Made by a program: the position numbers and the translations under genes. A stretch of 64,000 nt of DNA from assembly GCA_039818205.1 (NCBI GenBank), contig JBCBUK010000006.1, forward strand, positions 208,215-272,214, given 5' to 3'. Below the pieces are notes generated by a model, which was given only the letters and a program-made list of their open reading frames with translations, was not told where the DNA came from and did not search any database. Positions 11,263 through 20,903 of this stretch are shown here, in pieces; within the stretch, counting starts at the first letter, position 1; the number at the start of each line of letters is the position of its first letter. This DNA is from Verrucomicrobiota bacterium (GTDB lineage Bacteria > Verrucomicrobiota > Verrucomicrobiia > Opitutales > Cerasicoccaceae).

Positions 11263-11996
11263 GAGCCCACCTCCTTCTCCAGTAGATTAGCCAATAGCTC
11301 GTGATTGCAGTCTGAGCCATAGACAAACTGCTCCATAGTAGCCTGCAATTCAGGTGAAAGCGAAGCTGTGTGCGTTGCCAGATAATTTTCAACTAAAGGG
11401 GTTGGGTCTTGGTCATTCTTCAGTGCGCGGCATAGATCTTCGAGGGCGTCCGATGTATCATTATCTTCGCCGGGATTTGCTGCACACCGTTTCTTTTGAA
11501 TGACTATGCCGCCGATCACGACGACGATGGCAAGGGCAACGATGACCGCCTTCTGAGCACTGTTCGAGGAGCTGGATGGGGCGGGTAGGCTGGCTGCAGT
11601 CGCATCGGTATCCGCTGCACGATAGGGAGCGATCGGAATCGTAAGCTCTGGCAAAAAAGCTTCCTGGCTGCGATCGATGAACTGCAGTCTAACCGGGATT
11701 GGCGCAATGATTGCACTGCCTGATGACACCGCTTGCAGCACAAACCGGATGCGATGGAAGTATCGTCCCGAGTCGTAGTCAGTGCTGTGCGCACTTTGAT
11801 CGATGAGCTGTAGTTTGTGGTGTCTAGGCCAGGTGATTTCTGCGTTACTGAGCGAATCACTTTCGATGGTGGCGATCAACTCGATCAGGTCGCCCGGCTT
11901 GGTTTTATCGGGTGATACCTGCCAGCTCAGGTTTGTCTCACCAAAAAGTAGCGAGCAGAGGAGAGGGAAAAGAAGCCATGGAAAAAACGTCTTCAT
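11259..11996 (-). CDS. Bat-operon accessory protein (signal peptide, Ig-like domain, TM helix)
   Basis: Overlaps both neighbours; occupies the usual slot between DUF58 and BatA. Confidence 0.7.
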   Translation of the reverse strand: MKTFFPWLLFPLLCSLLFGETNLSWQVSPDKTKPGDLIELIATIESDSLSNAEITWPRHHKLQLIDQSAHSTDYDSGRYFHRIRFVLQAVSSGSAIIAPIPVRLQFIDRSQEAFLPELTIPIAPYRAADTDATAASLPAPSSSSNSAQKAVIVALAIVVVIGGIVIQKKRCAANPGEDNDTSDALEDLCRALKNDQDPTPLVENYLATHTASLSPELQATMEQFVYGSDCNHELLANLLEKEVGS

Positions 11997-12865
11997 TACC
12001 CGCCCGTCTCGTCAACTGCCTTGCGCTGTTGCGCATGAAAAAACTGTGCAAGGGCTTCGACGACATCGCTACCGGCTTCTACCTCAAGATGATCGACTCC
12101 TGCTGACATCATTAGGTCGCGGATCTGTTTGCGATGCTGCTGATCTGAGCCTTTGCCGCGCCTGAGTTCGATCACCTCTCGTTCACCCGTCTCCGAATCG
12201 GCAATATGGATCAGGCCATTGGGAACATCAGCGGGCAAAGGTTTCTCGCTAACGTGAATAGCGAACACCTGATGTTGATTGGACAGCATCTGAAGCTCTT
12301 GTAAGTCGACGTCGAATAAGAAATCCGAAAGAATAAAGATGATCGAATGTTTGCGAATCATCCGCCCCAAGCCGTGTAGTACCGCGTTGAGGTCCGATGC
12401 TTGGTGTGCCGGTTCGTGTTCGACAAGCTCCGTCAGCAGACGCATGGCATGAGAGCGTCCCTTGCCCGGCGCGGTGATGTGCTCAATAATGTCCGTAAAG
12501 AGCATCAAGCCAATACGATCATGATTCTTTATCGCGGCAAAGGTAAGCATCGCGCTCAGATCGCGGACTGTTTTGAACGTTCGTCCTTTGGGATCATGGC
12601 GCATCGATGCTGAGGCATCCACCAATAGGTAGAAATGCTGCTCTCGCTCCTCGATGAAGCGTTTGATGTGCGGCTCCCCGGTTCGCGCAGTTACGCGCCA
12701 GTCCATGGCACGAACGTCATCTCCAGGTTGGTAGCTTCGAACATCTTCAAACTCAATTCCGCTACCCCGGAACACCGAGCGAATCTTGCCGGCCAATAGG
12801 TGCTCAACGGGCCGACGACACTTGAACTCCAGGAGGCTGATTTGGCTCTCAATATTGTCCAGCAT
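11996..12865 (-). CDS. DUF58 domain protein
   Basis: GSGIEFEDVRSYQPGDDVRAMDWRVTAR and DASASM. ATG at 12865 preferred over TTG at 12892. Confidence 0.92.
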   Translation of the reverse strand: MLDNIESQISLLEFKCRRPVEHLLAGKIRSVFRGSGIEFEDVRSYQPGDDVRAMDWRVTARTGEPHIKRFIEEREQHFYLLVDASASMRHDPKGRTFKTVRDLSAMLTFAAIKNHDRIGLMLFTDIIEHITAPGKGRSHAMRLLTELVEHEPAHQASDLNAVLHGLGRMIRKHSIIFILSDFLFDVDLQELQMLSNQHQVFAIHVSEKPLPADVPNGLIHIADSETGEREVIELRRGKGSDQQHRKQIRDLMMSAGVDHLEVEAGSDVVEALAQFFHAQQRKAVDETGG

Positions 12866-12917
12866 CGTGCGTGAAATCGGGGTTAACACCAAAGGCCGAA
12901 AAGGCTGGCGGAGTGAA

Positions 12918-13931
12918 CTAGCTCGTCACCTCGTCTTCGGTGACTGGAATTTGCTTTAAGATGGTCTCGAGGAGATCGTCTGAGTTGATTGATTCGGCCT
13001 CAGCGCGATAGGATATCGCAATCCGATGTCGTAATATGTCGTGCGCGACATCTTTGACGTCCTGTGGTGTGGTATATTCGCGGCCTTCCATCAAGGCATT
13101 GCCTCGAGCAGCCAACGAAAGAAAAATCGATGCGCGAGGCGAGGCGCCGAAGCGGATGTACTGGGATAGGTTCAGATTAAACTGTTTGGGATCGCGTGTC
13201 GCGTTGACGATTCGGAGAATATACTTCTCGACCTTCTCGTCGATGAATACGGCGTCAATTGCCTGGCGGAGGTTGAGGATAGCGTCGATGTCGATCACCG
13301 GTTTGACTTCCAGCATCGGTTGGCTGCGGGCCATGCGCTGCATGATAACCAATTCCTCATCCGGGCTTGGGTAGCCAACCTTCAACTTGAACATGAACCG
13401 GTCCACCTGCGCTTCGGGTAGGAGGTAGGTGCCTTCTTGTTCAATCGGGTTCTGGGTCGCTAGGACTAAGAATGGTTTGGGCAGAGGGAAACTCTCCTTG
13501 CCGATCGTGACCTGCTTTTCCTGCATCGATTCGAGCAACGCACTTTGCACCTTGGCAGGTGCGCGATTGATTTCGTCGGCTAGAAGCAAGTTGGCAAAAA
13601 TTGGTCCTTTCTCCGGCGTGAACGAGTAGGTTCGCGGGTCGTAAACTTGAGTGCCGGTAAGGTCACCAGGGAGCAGGTCGGGCGTAAACTGTATCCGACT
13701 AAACTGCGCATCTATCGCTTGGGCCAGTGAGTTTACCGTTAGTGTTTTGGCCACGCCGGGCACACCTTCAATCAGGACGTGACCGTTGGTGAGTAGCGCC
13801 AGTAACAAGCGATTAACTAATGTTTCTTGCCCAACGATGACCTCACTGAGGCATTGCCGAATTGAGGCCAACGTTTCTGCAACCGCCGCCATGCTTGCAC
13901 GGCTTTCCTCTGATGCTTGAAGACTGCTCAT
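12918..13931 (-). CDS. moxR: MoxR family AAA+ ATPase
   Basis: GVPGVAKT (Walker A), RIQFTPDLLPGD, DEINRAPAKVQSALLE, ATQNPIEQEGTY. Confidence 0.96.
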   Translation of the reverse strand: MSSLQASEESRASMAAVAETLASIRQCLSEVIVGQETLVNRLLLALLTNGHVLIEGVPGVAKTLTVNSLAQAIDAQFSRIQFTPDLLPGDLTGTQVYDPRTYSFTPEKGPIFANLLLADEINRAPAKVQSALLESMQEKQVTIGKESFPLPKPFLVLATQNPIEQEGTYLLPEAQVDRFMFKLKVGYPSPDEELVIMQRMARSQPMLEVKPVIDIDAILNLRQAIDAVFIDEKVEKYILRIVNATRDPKQFNLNLSQYIRFGASPRASIFLSLAARGNALMEGREYTTPQDVKDVAHDILRHRIAISYRAEAESINSDDLLETILKQIPVTEDEVTS

Positions 13932-14278
13932 GACAGTAAATTCGTGATAGGTGCCGATGGAGTGGAGGCGATGATCTCGGATGCGGGCTTCATGTTCAAG
14001 TTGCTGACCTTCAATAAGATATTGGGCTGAATGATTCGGTCTTAAACCTTAGGGCGCTTGTAGTTTTTTTGCAATTCTTGTTGTCGAATATAAGGAACAA
14101 ATATGCGTGTATGTTTTGGGCATAGTCAATGTAATCTCCGGATATCTTTCGGCTAGATTCGAAACTGACCAACACGTCTCTGTGCCGTTTCTATTCTGGC
14201 AGCGCAGTCCGCAAAATTGGAAAATTTTCGGTGGCGCATCCTGAGTTTGTCTCCATGCTTGGGAGTTTTTCTGTTTCC

Positions 14279-17200
14279 ATGCCTCGACGTCTCCTCAAAT
14301 GGTCCGCTTGCGCACTGGCGGTGCTTCTCTGCTTAGCCATCGTTGGTGTGCTTACGTTTCAGTTTTGGTTTCCGCTTCTGCTCCGGAAAGGAGGGGAAGC
14401 CCAAGGTGCCCGATTTGAGATCATTGAGTTCCGCGGAGGTAGTGTCATTGTTGGTCAGGTTGAGTGGGTCGATCCGAGTATGAGAGTCACGGTTGAACGT
14501 GTCGAGATACCGGGTCCATGGCACCTGATATCCCGCCGGTGGCTGGGGAATGAAGACGACGCGGTGGTGAATGTTGAAGGCGTCGAAGTCTATCCTCAAG
14601 TGTCGACCGAGAGCCCCGAACTGCCCGAGCCAAGTGTTTCTGCGAAACCGATCGAGCTATCGGCGAGTCTGCAGCAGGGCATGGAGGCATGGTCATTGGT
14701 GTTTGAATGGGTTGATCGCATCAACGTCGACTCTGCCCGCTATTGGCAGGGCAATGAGCCTTTGGTTGAGTTGCAGCAGCTTGAGGTGACTGTCGAGCAG
14801 GTCGAGATTACCGACCTCAATGTCTTGGAGGGCTGGAACGGCAATGTGCGAGTTCTCCGGGACGACGGGCCAAATTTTTCTTATCGAGTCAGCGTGCCGC
14901 AGCGTCAGTTGCAGGTTGAGGGGCAACTGAATAGCGGTGATCAATTGGCGACCGACGGCCAGATTCAGTTCTTTGGTAGTGTCGCTACTTACCAAGTGAG
15001 TTGGCCCGATGCAGGCGTCGTTCCTAGCCAGGCTAGGCTCCTTGCGGACCAATTCACGATCCCTGAATCGCTGATTGAGTTTCCCGATTATCAAAGTCCG
15101 GTATTGACCATCGATGCGGCGTGGAACGGCAATTCGGGAACGGTTCAGCTGCAAGCCGGTGCTGAACCTCAGGTTGGCCGAACACTACCGGCCTTGGCGG
15201 CCGAGCTCAACGGAACGACGGATGGTCGCAAGATTTCGGTGGATCAGTTTTTCGCTGAGGCCTGGTCCAGCGAGATCCGACTGGACGAGCCGTTGCGGAT
15301 TGATCTCCAGGACTTGGGGGCAACTCCAGATGCCTTGCTCACGGCCAAGTTAAACTTAGATGAGCAACCGTTACTCCCTGTCACGGGTTTGTTGGATGGT
15401 GAGATTCGAGTTGAACAGAGCCCCGGCGATTATCCGACCGTTTATCTTTCACTGGATGCGCAGGCAGTCGCCTATGAGGACTTTGAGGTGCGTCGCTTTG
15501 ATTTATCGGCGATTTTGGATTGGCCGCGTTTGCGTTTGGAGCGACTCGATATGAGCACGTTGACGATTCCGAGTCTGACGGCTGAAGCCGAGGTCGATCT
15601 TGGCGCGGAGTATATCGAGTCTGCCTCGATCAGTTTCGATCTAAACAACGAGTTCGTTCCGAAGTTGGAGCAGATCGTTGGTGATATCGAGGCAGGTTTC
15701 ACCCGTGCTTCCATTGATTTAGAACTGGAAGGCCCGCTGGCGCAGCCCGTTCATCGCGGATCGCTTTCGGCGAAGGGCGTGCACGGCCCCCGCAGTATTC
15801 CGGCGGATATCGACATCCGTTGGGATGCCGATTGGCTTGCCTTCAAATCGTTCGATCTGGCGCTGCAAAATGATAATGCCCGCCTCGCAGCGGCGGGAGC
15901 CGCCCAGCTTGAGGGACCCTTGCGTGAGGTCACGATTCGTGAAGCTTCTATCGATATCGAGAAGCATCCCGATCTGGTTTTGCAAAAGCCATTTACCGTC
16001 GAAGTCGATGAAGCCTTGCGATTGACGTGGACGCCAATGAGTTTTCGCTCGGATGCAGAAGGGCAGCTCGAAATTGAAGCCGATATTGACTACCCCAGAC
16101 GGGGCCAAGTGCGCGTAATCGCCAACGACATTTCTCCGCAATGGCTCGACTTGGTCTTGAACGATCCCTTGCCGATGGATCTGAAACTAGACACTTTTGA
16201 GTTGGAGGCCCAGTGGGATGACGGTCCCCTGCAGGCAGAGATCGATATCGACATCGCCGCCTTCCCGCCAGATCAGCCACCAGTGGATATCCTTGGTCAG
16301 ATGAAGACGCAATCGGGTCGCTTGACGATTGATGGACTCAGCGTTACCCAAGCCGGAGTGACTTTGCTGAAGGCCGAAGGCTTTGTGCCGGTCGAGGTCG
16401 TTCCCAACGCGGAGTCGATATTGAAGTTCTATCGGAACGAGCCGGTAAGTTTTGATCTGCTCGCGAAGCCGGCTGAGTCGGAAGCATGGGATGACCTCGA
16501 AGAGATCCTGGGACTCGACGTTGTGGTCCCGGCGATTGATTTTGCGATCACGGGTCGCTTGGAGGACCCCGATGGAAAGCTGGATCTCCAATTCGATCAA
16601 TTGATCCCAATCGGGCAGGATACCGACGAAGCCTTGCCTGACATTTCCGACGGACACCTCGTGGTTGAGTTCGACATCGATGACGTGGAACTTTCTCTTG
16701 GAGAGGTTTCGCTAGCTGGAAACGTCATACAGTTTAGCGGGCGATTGCCCATGGGAGAAGATGCTTGGATGGCACTCATTGAGAATCAAACAATCCCCGA
16801 CTGGGAAGGCGGTGAAGGCAAGATCGATGTCAACAGTGTTAGTTTGAAGGATCTCGCCTATTGGCTGCCCGAGATCTTGCGCGACGATGGCCGCTTGTCT
16901 CTCAACGCGACGCTTGCACCCGGTAAACAGATCGCGGGTACCTTGGACATCGAAGACGTGCAGACGCGTCCGATCGCGCAGTTGGGTTCCGTGAGTAGCG
17001 TCAATGCACGCTTGCGACTGGACAACCACATGCTGTTAGTTGAGCAAGCAGGAGCCGAGGTCGGTGGCTCGCCGCTCGCGATTTCTGGTACGGTTGAACT
17101 CACCGAGGATTGGCAACCGCGGTACAACCTCAAGTTGAAAGGCGATACGGTGCCGCTGGTTCGCTCGCCTGGGCTTATACTGCGTGCCTCACCGGACATT

Positions 17201-18004
17201 CAGCTGACCACCGATAGCGAAGGCATCACCACGGTCGGGGGAACGGTCCAACTGAATGAGAGCTTTTTCACAATGGACATCACCAGCATTGGCGTGGGCG
17301 GTGGTTCCGGTGGGGCCGCTGCATCGCCAGCTGCGCCACCGTTCTTTTCCATCTCGGAGGAACCTTTGGCGGATTGGCGTTTGCGTCTGAATATCGTGGG
17401 GGATCGTTTTTTGCGAATCGGTGTTCCGGCTTTCGAGGGCATCGCATCAGCTCGGTTTGACCTGCGCGGGTCCCTCAAAAATCCACTGATCTTTGGCCAA
17501 TCAGAGTTGGAGCAAGGTGTCGTGCTATTCCCGTTTGCTACCTTCCGACTTGAGCAAGGGCAGATTACCATTAGTCAGAATGAGCCTGAGACGGTGAACC
17601 TTGATATCCTCGCAGGTGGCAGGGCCTATGGCTATGATATTCAAATGCGAGTCGGGGGAACACATGTGAACCCAACGGTGACCTTCGACTCCACCCCGAG
17701 CCTCGAGCAGTCGGATATCCTGTTGATGATTACCTCCGGCGAAATACCGGGCCACGCGCGATCCACGGGCAGTCGCTTGTCGGGAATCGGTATCTATGTG
17801 GCCAATAGCTTTATGGCCGATCTTGGGATCGTTGACCCCTTGGATGAAACGCTCACGGTCAACGTGGGTGAGGATGTCACGACCTCGGGTAAGGACACCA
17901 TCAACGTCCGCTTTCAAGTCACCGATCGCCTGGCGCTTGTTGGCGCCTATGATAAATACGATGCGTACTATTTGGATTTAGAATGGCGAATCTTCAGCGA
18001 TTAA
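14279..18004 (+). CDS. tamB: Translocation/assembly module TamB (AsmA-like, C-terminal DUF490)
   Basis: N-terminal TM anchor, long beta-rich body, DUF490-like C-terminus (FDSTPSLEQSDILLMI); overlaps an Omp85 gene. Start could be GTG 14231. Confidence 0.85.
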   Translation: MPRRLLKWSACALAVLLCLAIVGVLTFQFWFPLLLRKGGEAQGARFEIIEFRGGSVIVGQVEWVDPSMRVTVERVEIPGPWHLISRRWLGNEDDAVVNVEGVEVYPQVSTESPELPEPSVSAKPIELSASLQQGMEAWSLVFEWVDRINVDSARYWQGNEPLVELQQLEVTVEQVEITDLNVLEGWNGNVRVLRDDGPNFSYRVSVPQRQLQVEGQLNSGDQLATDGQIQFFGSVATYQVSWPDAGVVPSQARLLADQFTIPESLIEFPDYQSPVLTIDAAWNGNSGTVQLQAGAEPQVGRTLPALAAELNGTTDGRKISVDQFFAEAWSSEIRLDEPLRIDLQDLGATPDALLTAKLNLDEQPLLPVTGLLDGEIRVEQSPGDYPTVYLSLDAQAVAYEDFEVRRFDLSAILDWPRLRLERLDMSTLTIPSLTAEAEVDLGAEYIESASISFDLNNEFVPKLEQIVGDIEAGFTRASIDLELEGPLAQPVHRGSLSAKGVHGPRSIPADIDIRWDADWLAFKSFDLALQNDNARLAAAGAAQLEGPLREVTIREASIDIEKHPDLVLQKPFTVEVDEALRLTWTPMSFRSDAEGQLEIEADIDYPRRGQVRVIANDISPQWLDLVLNDPLPMDLKLDTFELEAQWDDGPLQAEIDIDIAAFPPDQPPVDILGQMKTQSGRLTIDGLSVTQAGVTLLKAEGFVPVEVVPNAESILKFYRNEPVSFDLLAKPAESEAWDDLEEILGLDVVVPAIDFAITGRLEDPDGKLDLQFDQLIPIGQDTDEALPDISDGHLVVEFDIDDVELSLGEVSLAGNVIQFSGRLPMGEDAWMALIENQTIPDWEGGEGKIDVNSVSLKDLAYWLPEILRDDGRLSLNATLAPGKQIAGTLDIEDVQTRPIAQLGSVSSVNARLRLDNHMLLVEQAGAEVGGSPLAISGTVELTEDWQPRYNLKLKGDTVPLVRSPGLILRASPDIQLTTDSEGITTVGGTVQLNESFFTMDITSIGVGGGSGGAAASPAAPPFFSISEEPLADWRLRLNIVGDRFLRIGVPAFEGIASARFDLRGSLKNPLIFGQSELEQGVVLFPFATFRLEQGQITISQNEPETVNLDILAGGRAYGYDIQMRVGGTHVNPTVTFDSTPSLEQSDILLMITSGEIPGHARSTGSRLSGIGIYVANSFMADLGIVDPLDETLTVNVGEDVTTSGKDTINVRFQVTDRLALVGAYDKYDAYYLDLEWRIFSD

Positions 18005-20193
18005 CTCGAGCGGCTTTGTTGCTAGCTGTTTGTTTCGCGCCGAGTTGGGCGTGGGCGGGTGCGCTGTTTGGGCTCATCGGAAATCCGAACGTGCAGGTAT
18101 CGGGCTTCGGTTGGTTTTCTGATCTATATTTGGAGCGTGAGCTGGAGATCTTAGAGCCCGATGGTGAGCCGCGGACGAGCTTTGATGGCGTCTATTTGGA
18201 AGATGCGGTATGGATTCTGGCCGGAAAAATTAAACAACAGGGTTACCTTGATCCGGAGATCACTGTCACGCTGTTAGTCGGACAGGATGCTGTCTTTGAA
18301 TCCGTTTGGAAAAATGGCGACCTGGAATCAAATCCTCAGAGATCAGTTGAAGGCGACCGAGTGCAGTTTCGAATCAATGCAGGTCGCCTCTATTTCTTCC
18401 ATTCGATCGAGGTTGAAGGTTTGCCGGAAGAGATTCGGCAGCAGCCGCAAAGTTATTTCTATGCGACCAATCAACTAATCATTACTGAGGGGGATCGCTT
18501 CTTTACCGAAGGGCGCTTTGCGGGCGGCATCAACCGAATGCTTCAGCAACTGCGAGACCTTGGTTACCGCGAGGCTGAGGTAGCGGACAAAGGGTTCGAC
18601 ATCGATGATGATTCGGGCGCCGTCGATGCTTGGGTGACGATTGATCCCGGGCCAATCTACTATACGAATTCTCTCATCATTAGAATCCATGAAGCGGAAA
18701 GCGACGGAGACCACACGATTGATCCACTCGCCCAAACCTCATCGGGATACATCGACCGCTACGATCCTGAATTGGCCAAAGAGAAGTCCTCGGTTGTTAA
18801 TGAATCCGTTAATGATTTTCCCGAGAAACGCGTTCAACCAGGGTGGGTTGGCCAGGCAACTCAGCTGCTTCGTCGCGAGTACTTCGCCAAGGGTTACCCG
18901 GAAGTTTTTATTGATGCCGATTTTCGCGTCGATGAAGAATCTGATACCCGCATTGCTGGGCCGTTGATATTGAATGTCTATCCGGGAGCCAGTGCAACCT
19001 TGCGCGGTGTGCGCTTTGAGGGGGACGACGGAGTCGCACAGTGGTTACTCAACCAGCAAGCAAATCTAGAGACGGGAGAGCCGCTGAACCGAACTGATGT
19101 TGAAGAAGGACGAAGCCGATTGAGCCGCCTCGGCGTTTTTCGTCGTATTCAGATTCAATACGAAGAGGTGGCGCCTGGAGAGTGGGATGTAATTTACGAG
19201 CTAACCCCCAAGGGGACGACCGAGATCGATTTGATCTTCGGCGTTGGCAGCTTTGACATTGTGCGTGGAGGTGCTGAGCTAAAGAGAAATAACCTCTGGG
19301 GTGTTGCTCATCGGGCTCGACTTCGCGGTGTGCAATCGTTGCGTGCAACCTACGTTGACTTTGAATACTTTGTGCCGCAAATCTTTGGTGAAAACATTGA
19401 CGCCTTTGCCCGCCTTAATTTTTTGCGTCGTGAAGAGATTTCGTTCCTGCGCCAAGAGTGGGGCGGAAGCGCCGGATTTGCTCATTTCTTTAAAGACATC
19501 AACGTGGGTGCATCGGTTGCCTACACGCTGGATAGTGTACGGGCGAGGGACCGTGAGTTTGTGGTACCACCTGGTCCGCTCGAGGCGCGCATTGGTAGCC
19601 TTGGTTTCAAGCTGCTTCAAAACGAACTTGATAACCCCGTTTTCCCAACCGATGGATATCACTGGTTCCTAACGGGCGAGTTCGCCCGTCCGGTCTTTGG
19701 TGGCGACGTTGACTACAACAGTTTTGACCTTGGTGGAGCATGGCATCATCCCGTAGGCGATCTCGGGCTGACCTTTCACCTGGGCTTTCGCCATGGCGTT
19801 ATTTTTACCAGTGGTGAAGCCTCTGAAGAGATCCCCGTGAATCGACGTTTCTTCTTGGGTGGCGAAAATACGGTGCGCGGCTATCGGCGAGATCAGGCAG
19901 CTCCGCTGAACGAGTTTGGACAGCAGATTGGGGCCGTAAGTTTTATGTTGCTGCAAGGTGAGCTTGAGCAACGGCTCAACGATACATTTTCTGTGGTCGC
20001 GTTCGTCGATTCTGTGGGCAATGCCGCCGAGATCCAGGACTATCCCTTCAACGAAGTGCTTGTTAGCGTTGGCGCTGGTATCCGGATACGGACGATCGTT
20101 GGTCCACTTCGCCTGGAGTATGGATACAACGTTAAGAAGCGTGAATCGGATCCCGATGGGAACTTTCAAGTGGGGCTCGGGTTTCCGTTCTAG
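17983..20193 (+). CDS. BamA/TamA (Omp85) family outer-membrane protein
   Basis: Signal peptide, POTRA-like repeats, FFLGGENTVRGY, GPLRLEYG, C-terminal Phe. Confidence 0.92.
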   Translation: MANLQRLTRAALLLAVCFAPSWAWAGALFGLIGNPNVQVSGFGWFSDLYLERELEILEPDGEPRTSFDGVYLEDAVWILAGKIKQQGYLDPEITVTLLVGQDAVFESVWKNGDLESNPQRSVEGDRVQFRINAGRLYFFHSIEVEGLPEEIRQQPQSYFYATNQLIITEGDRFFTEGRFAGGINRMLQQLRDLGYREAEVADKGFDIDDDSGAVDAWVTIDPGPIYYTNSLIIRIHEAESDGDHTIDPLAQTSSGYIDRYDPELAKEKSSVVNESVNDFPEKRVQPGWVGQATQLLRREYFAKGYPEVFIDADFRVDEESDTRIAGPLILNVYPGASATLRGVRFEGDDGVAQWLLNQQANLETGEPLNRTDVEEGRSRLSRLGVFRRIQIQYEEVAPGEWDVIYELTPKGTTEIDLIFGVGSFDIVRGGAELKRNNLWGVAHRARLRGVQSLRATYVDFEYFVPQIFGENIDAFARLNFLRREEISFLRQEWGGSAGFAHFFKDINVGASVAYTLDSVRARDREFVVPPGPLEARIGSLGFKLLQNELDNPVFPTDGYHWFLTGEFARPVFGGDVDYNSFDLGGAWHHPVGDLGLTFHLGFRHGVIFTSGEASEEIPVNRRFFLGGENTVRGYRRDQAAPLNEFGQQIGAVSFMLLQGELEQRLNDTFSVVAFVDSVGNAAEIQDYPFNEVLVSVGAGIRIRTIVGPLRLEYGYNVKKRESDPDGNFQVGLGFPF

Positions 20194-20202
20194 AATGCAA
20201 CC

Positions 20203-20889
20203 ATGATGGAGAAAATTGTTCTATTTAGCGGTGCGGGAATCAGTGCGGAAAGCGGTCTGAAGACCTTTCGGGATCCCGATGGGTTGTGGAAGCGATACTC
20301 TCTTGAGGACCTTGCGACTCCCGGTGCGTGGAGCAGGAACCCTTCGTTGGTCTTGGAGTTTTATAATGCCCGACGTCGTCAGCTCGGTGAGGTCGAGCCT
20401 AATGCCGCTCATCGGGCAGTTGCGGAATTGGAAGAACAGTTTGCGGTGACGGTGGTGACTCAAAACGTAGACGATCTCCACGAGCGTGCCGGATCAACGA
20501 ACGTCGTTCACCTACATGGTCAGTTGAACCAGGCCCGAAGCACAATGGATTCCGATCTGATCCTCGATCTTGGTTTCCGGGATATCGTGCTGGGTGATCT
20601 TTGTCCGAAGGGTTCGCAGCTACGCCCCAATATCGTTTGGTTCGGCGAGAACGTGAATAACTTGGAAGTCGCGGCCGCGGCCATTGAGGCTGCCGATAAA
20701 GTGTTGGTCGTAGGTACCTCGCTCAGCGTTTATCCGGCAGCAGGCTTGATTCACCACGCAAGTGCGCAGGCGGAGAAGGTCATGGTATCAATGGATCTCG
20801 ACAGCGAGCCGCAGCGATTCACCTGGCTTCAAGGTAAAGCCGCCGAGCTTGTGCCCGCCGTTGTTGAAACCTGGCTAAGTGGTGGTTGA
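20203..20889 (+). CDS. cobB: Sir2-family NAD-dependent protein deacylase (class III)
   Basis: GAGISAESGLKTFR, FYNARR (YxxR), TQNVDDLHERAG, HG, RPNIVWFGE, GTSLSVYPAA. Confidence 0.95.
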   Translation: MMEKIVLFSGAGISAESGLKTFRDPDGLWKRYSLEDLATPGAWSRNPSLVLEFYNARRRQLGEVEPNAAHRAVAELEEQFAVTVVTQNVDDLHERAGSTNVVHLHGQLNQARSTMDSDLILDLGFRDIVLGDLCPKGSQLRPNIVWFGENVNNLEVAAAAIEAADKVLVVGTSLSVYPAAGLIHHASAQAEKVMVSMDLDSEPQRFTWLQGKAAELVPAVVETWLSGG

Positions 20890-20903
20890 GTATCCACGGA
20901 AGA

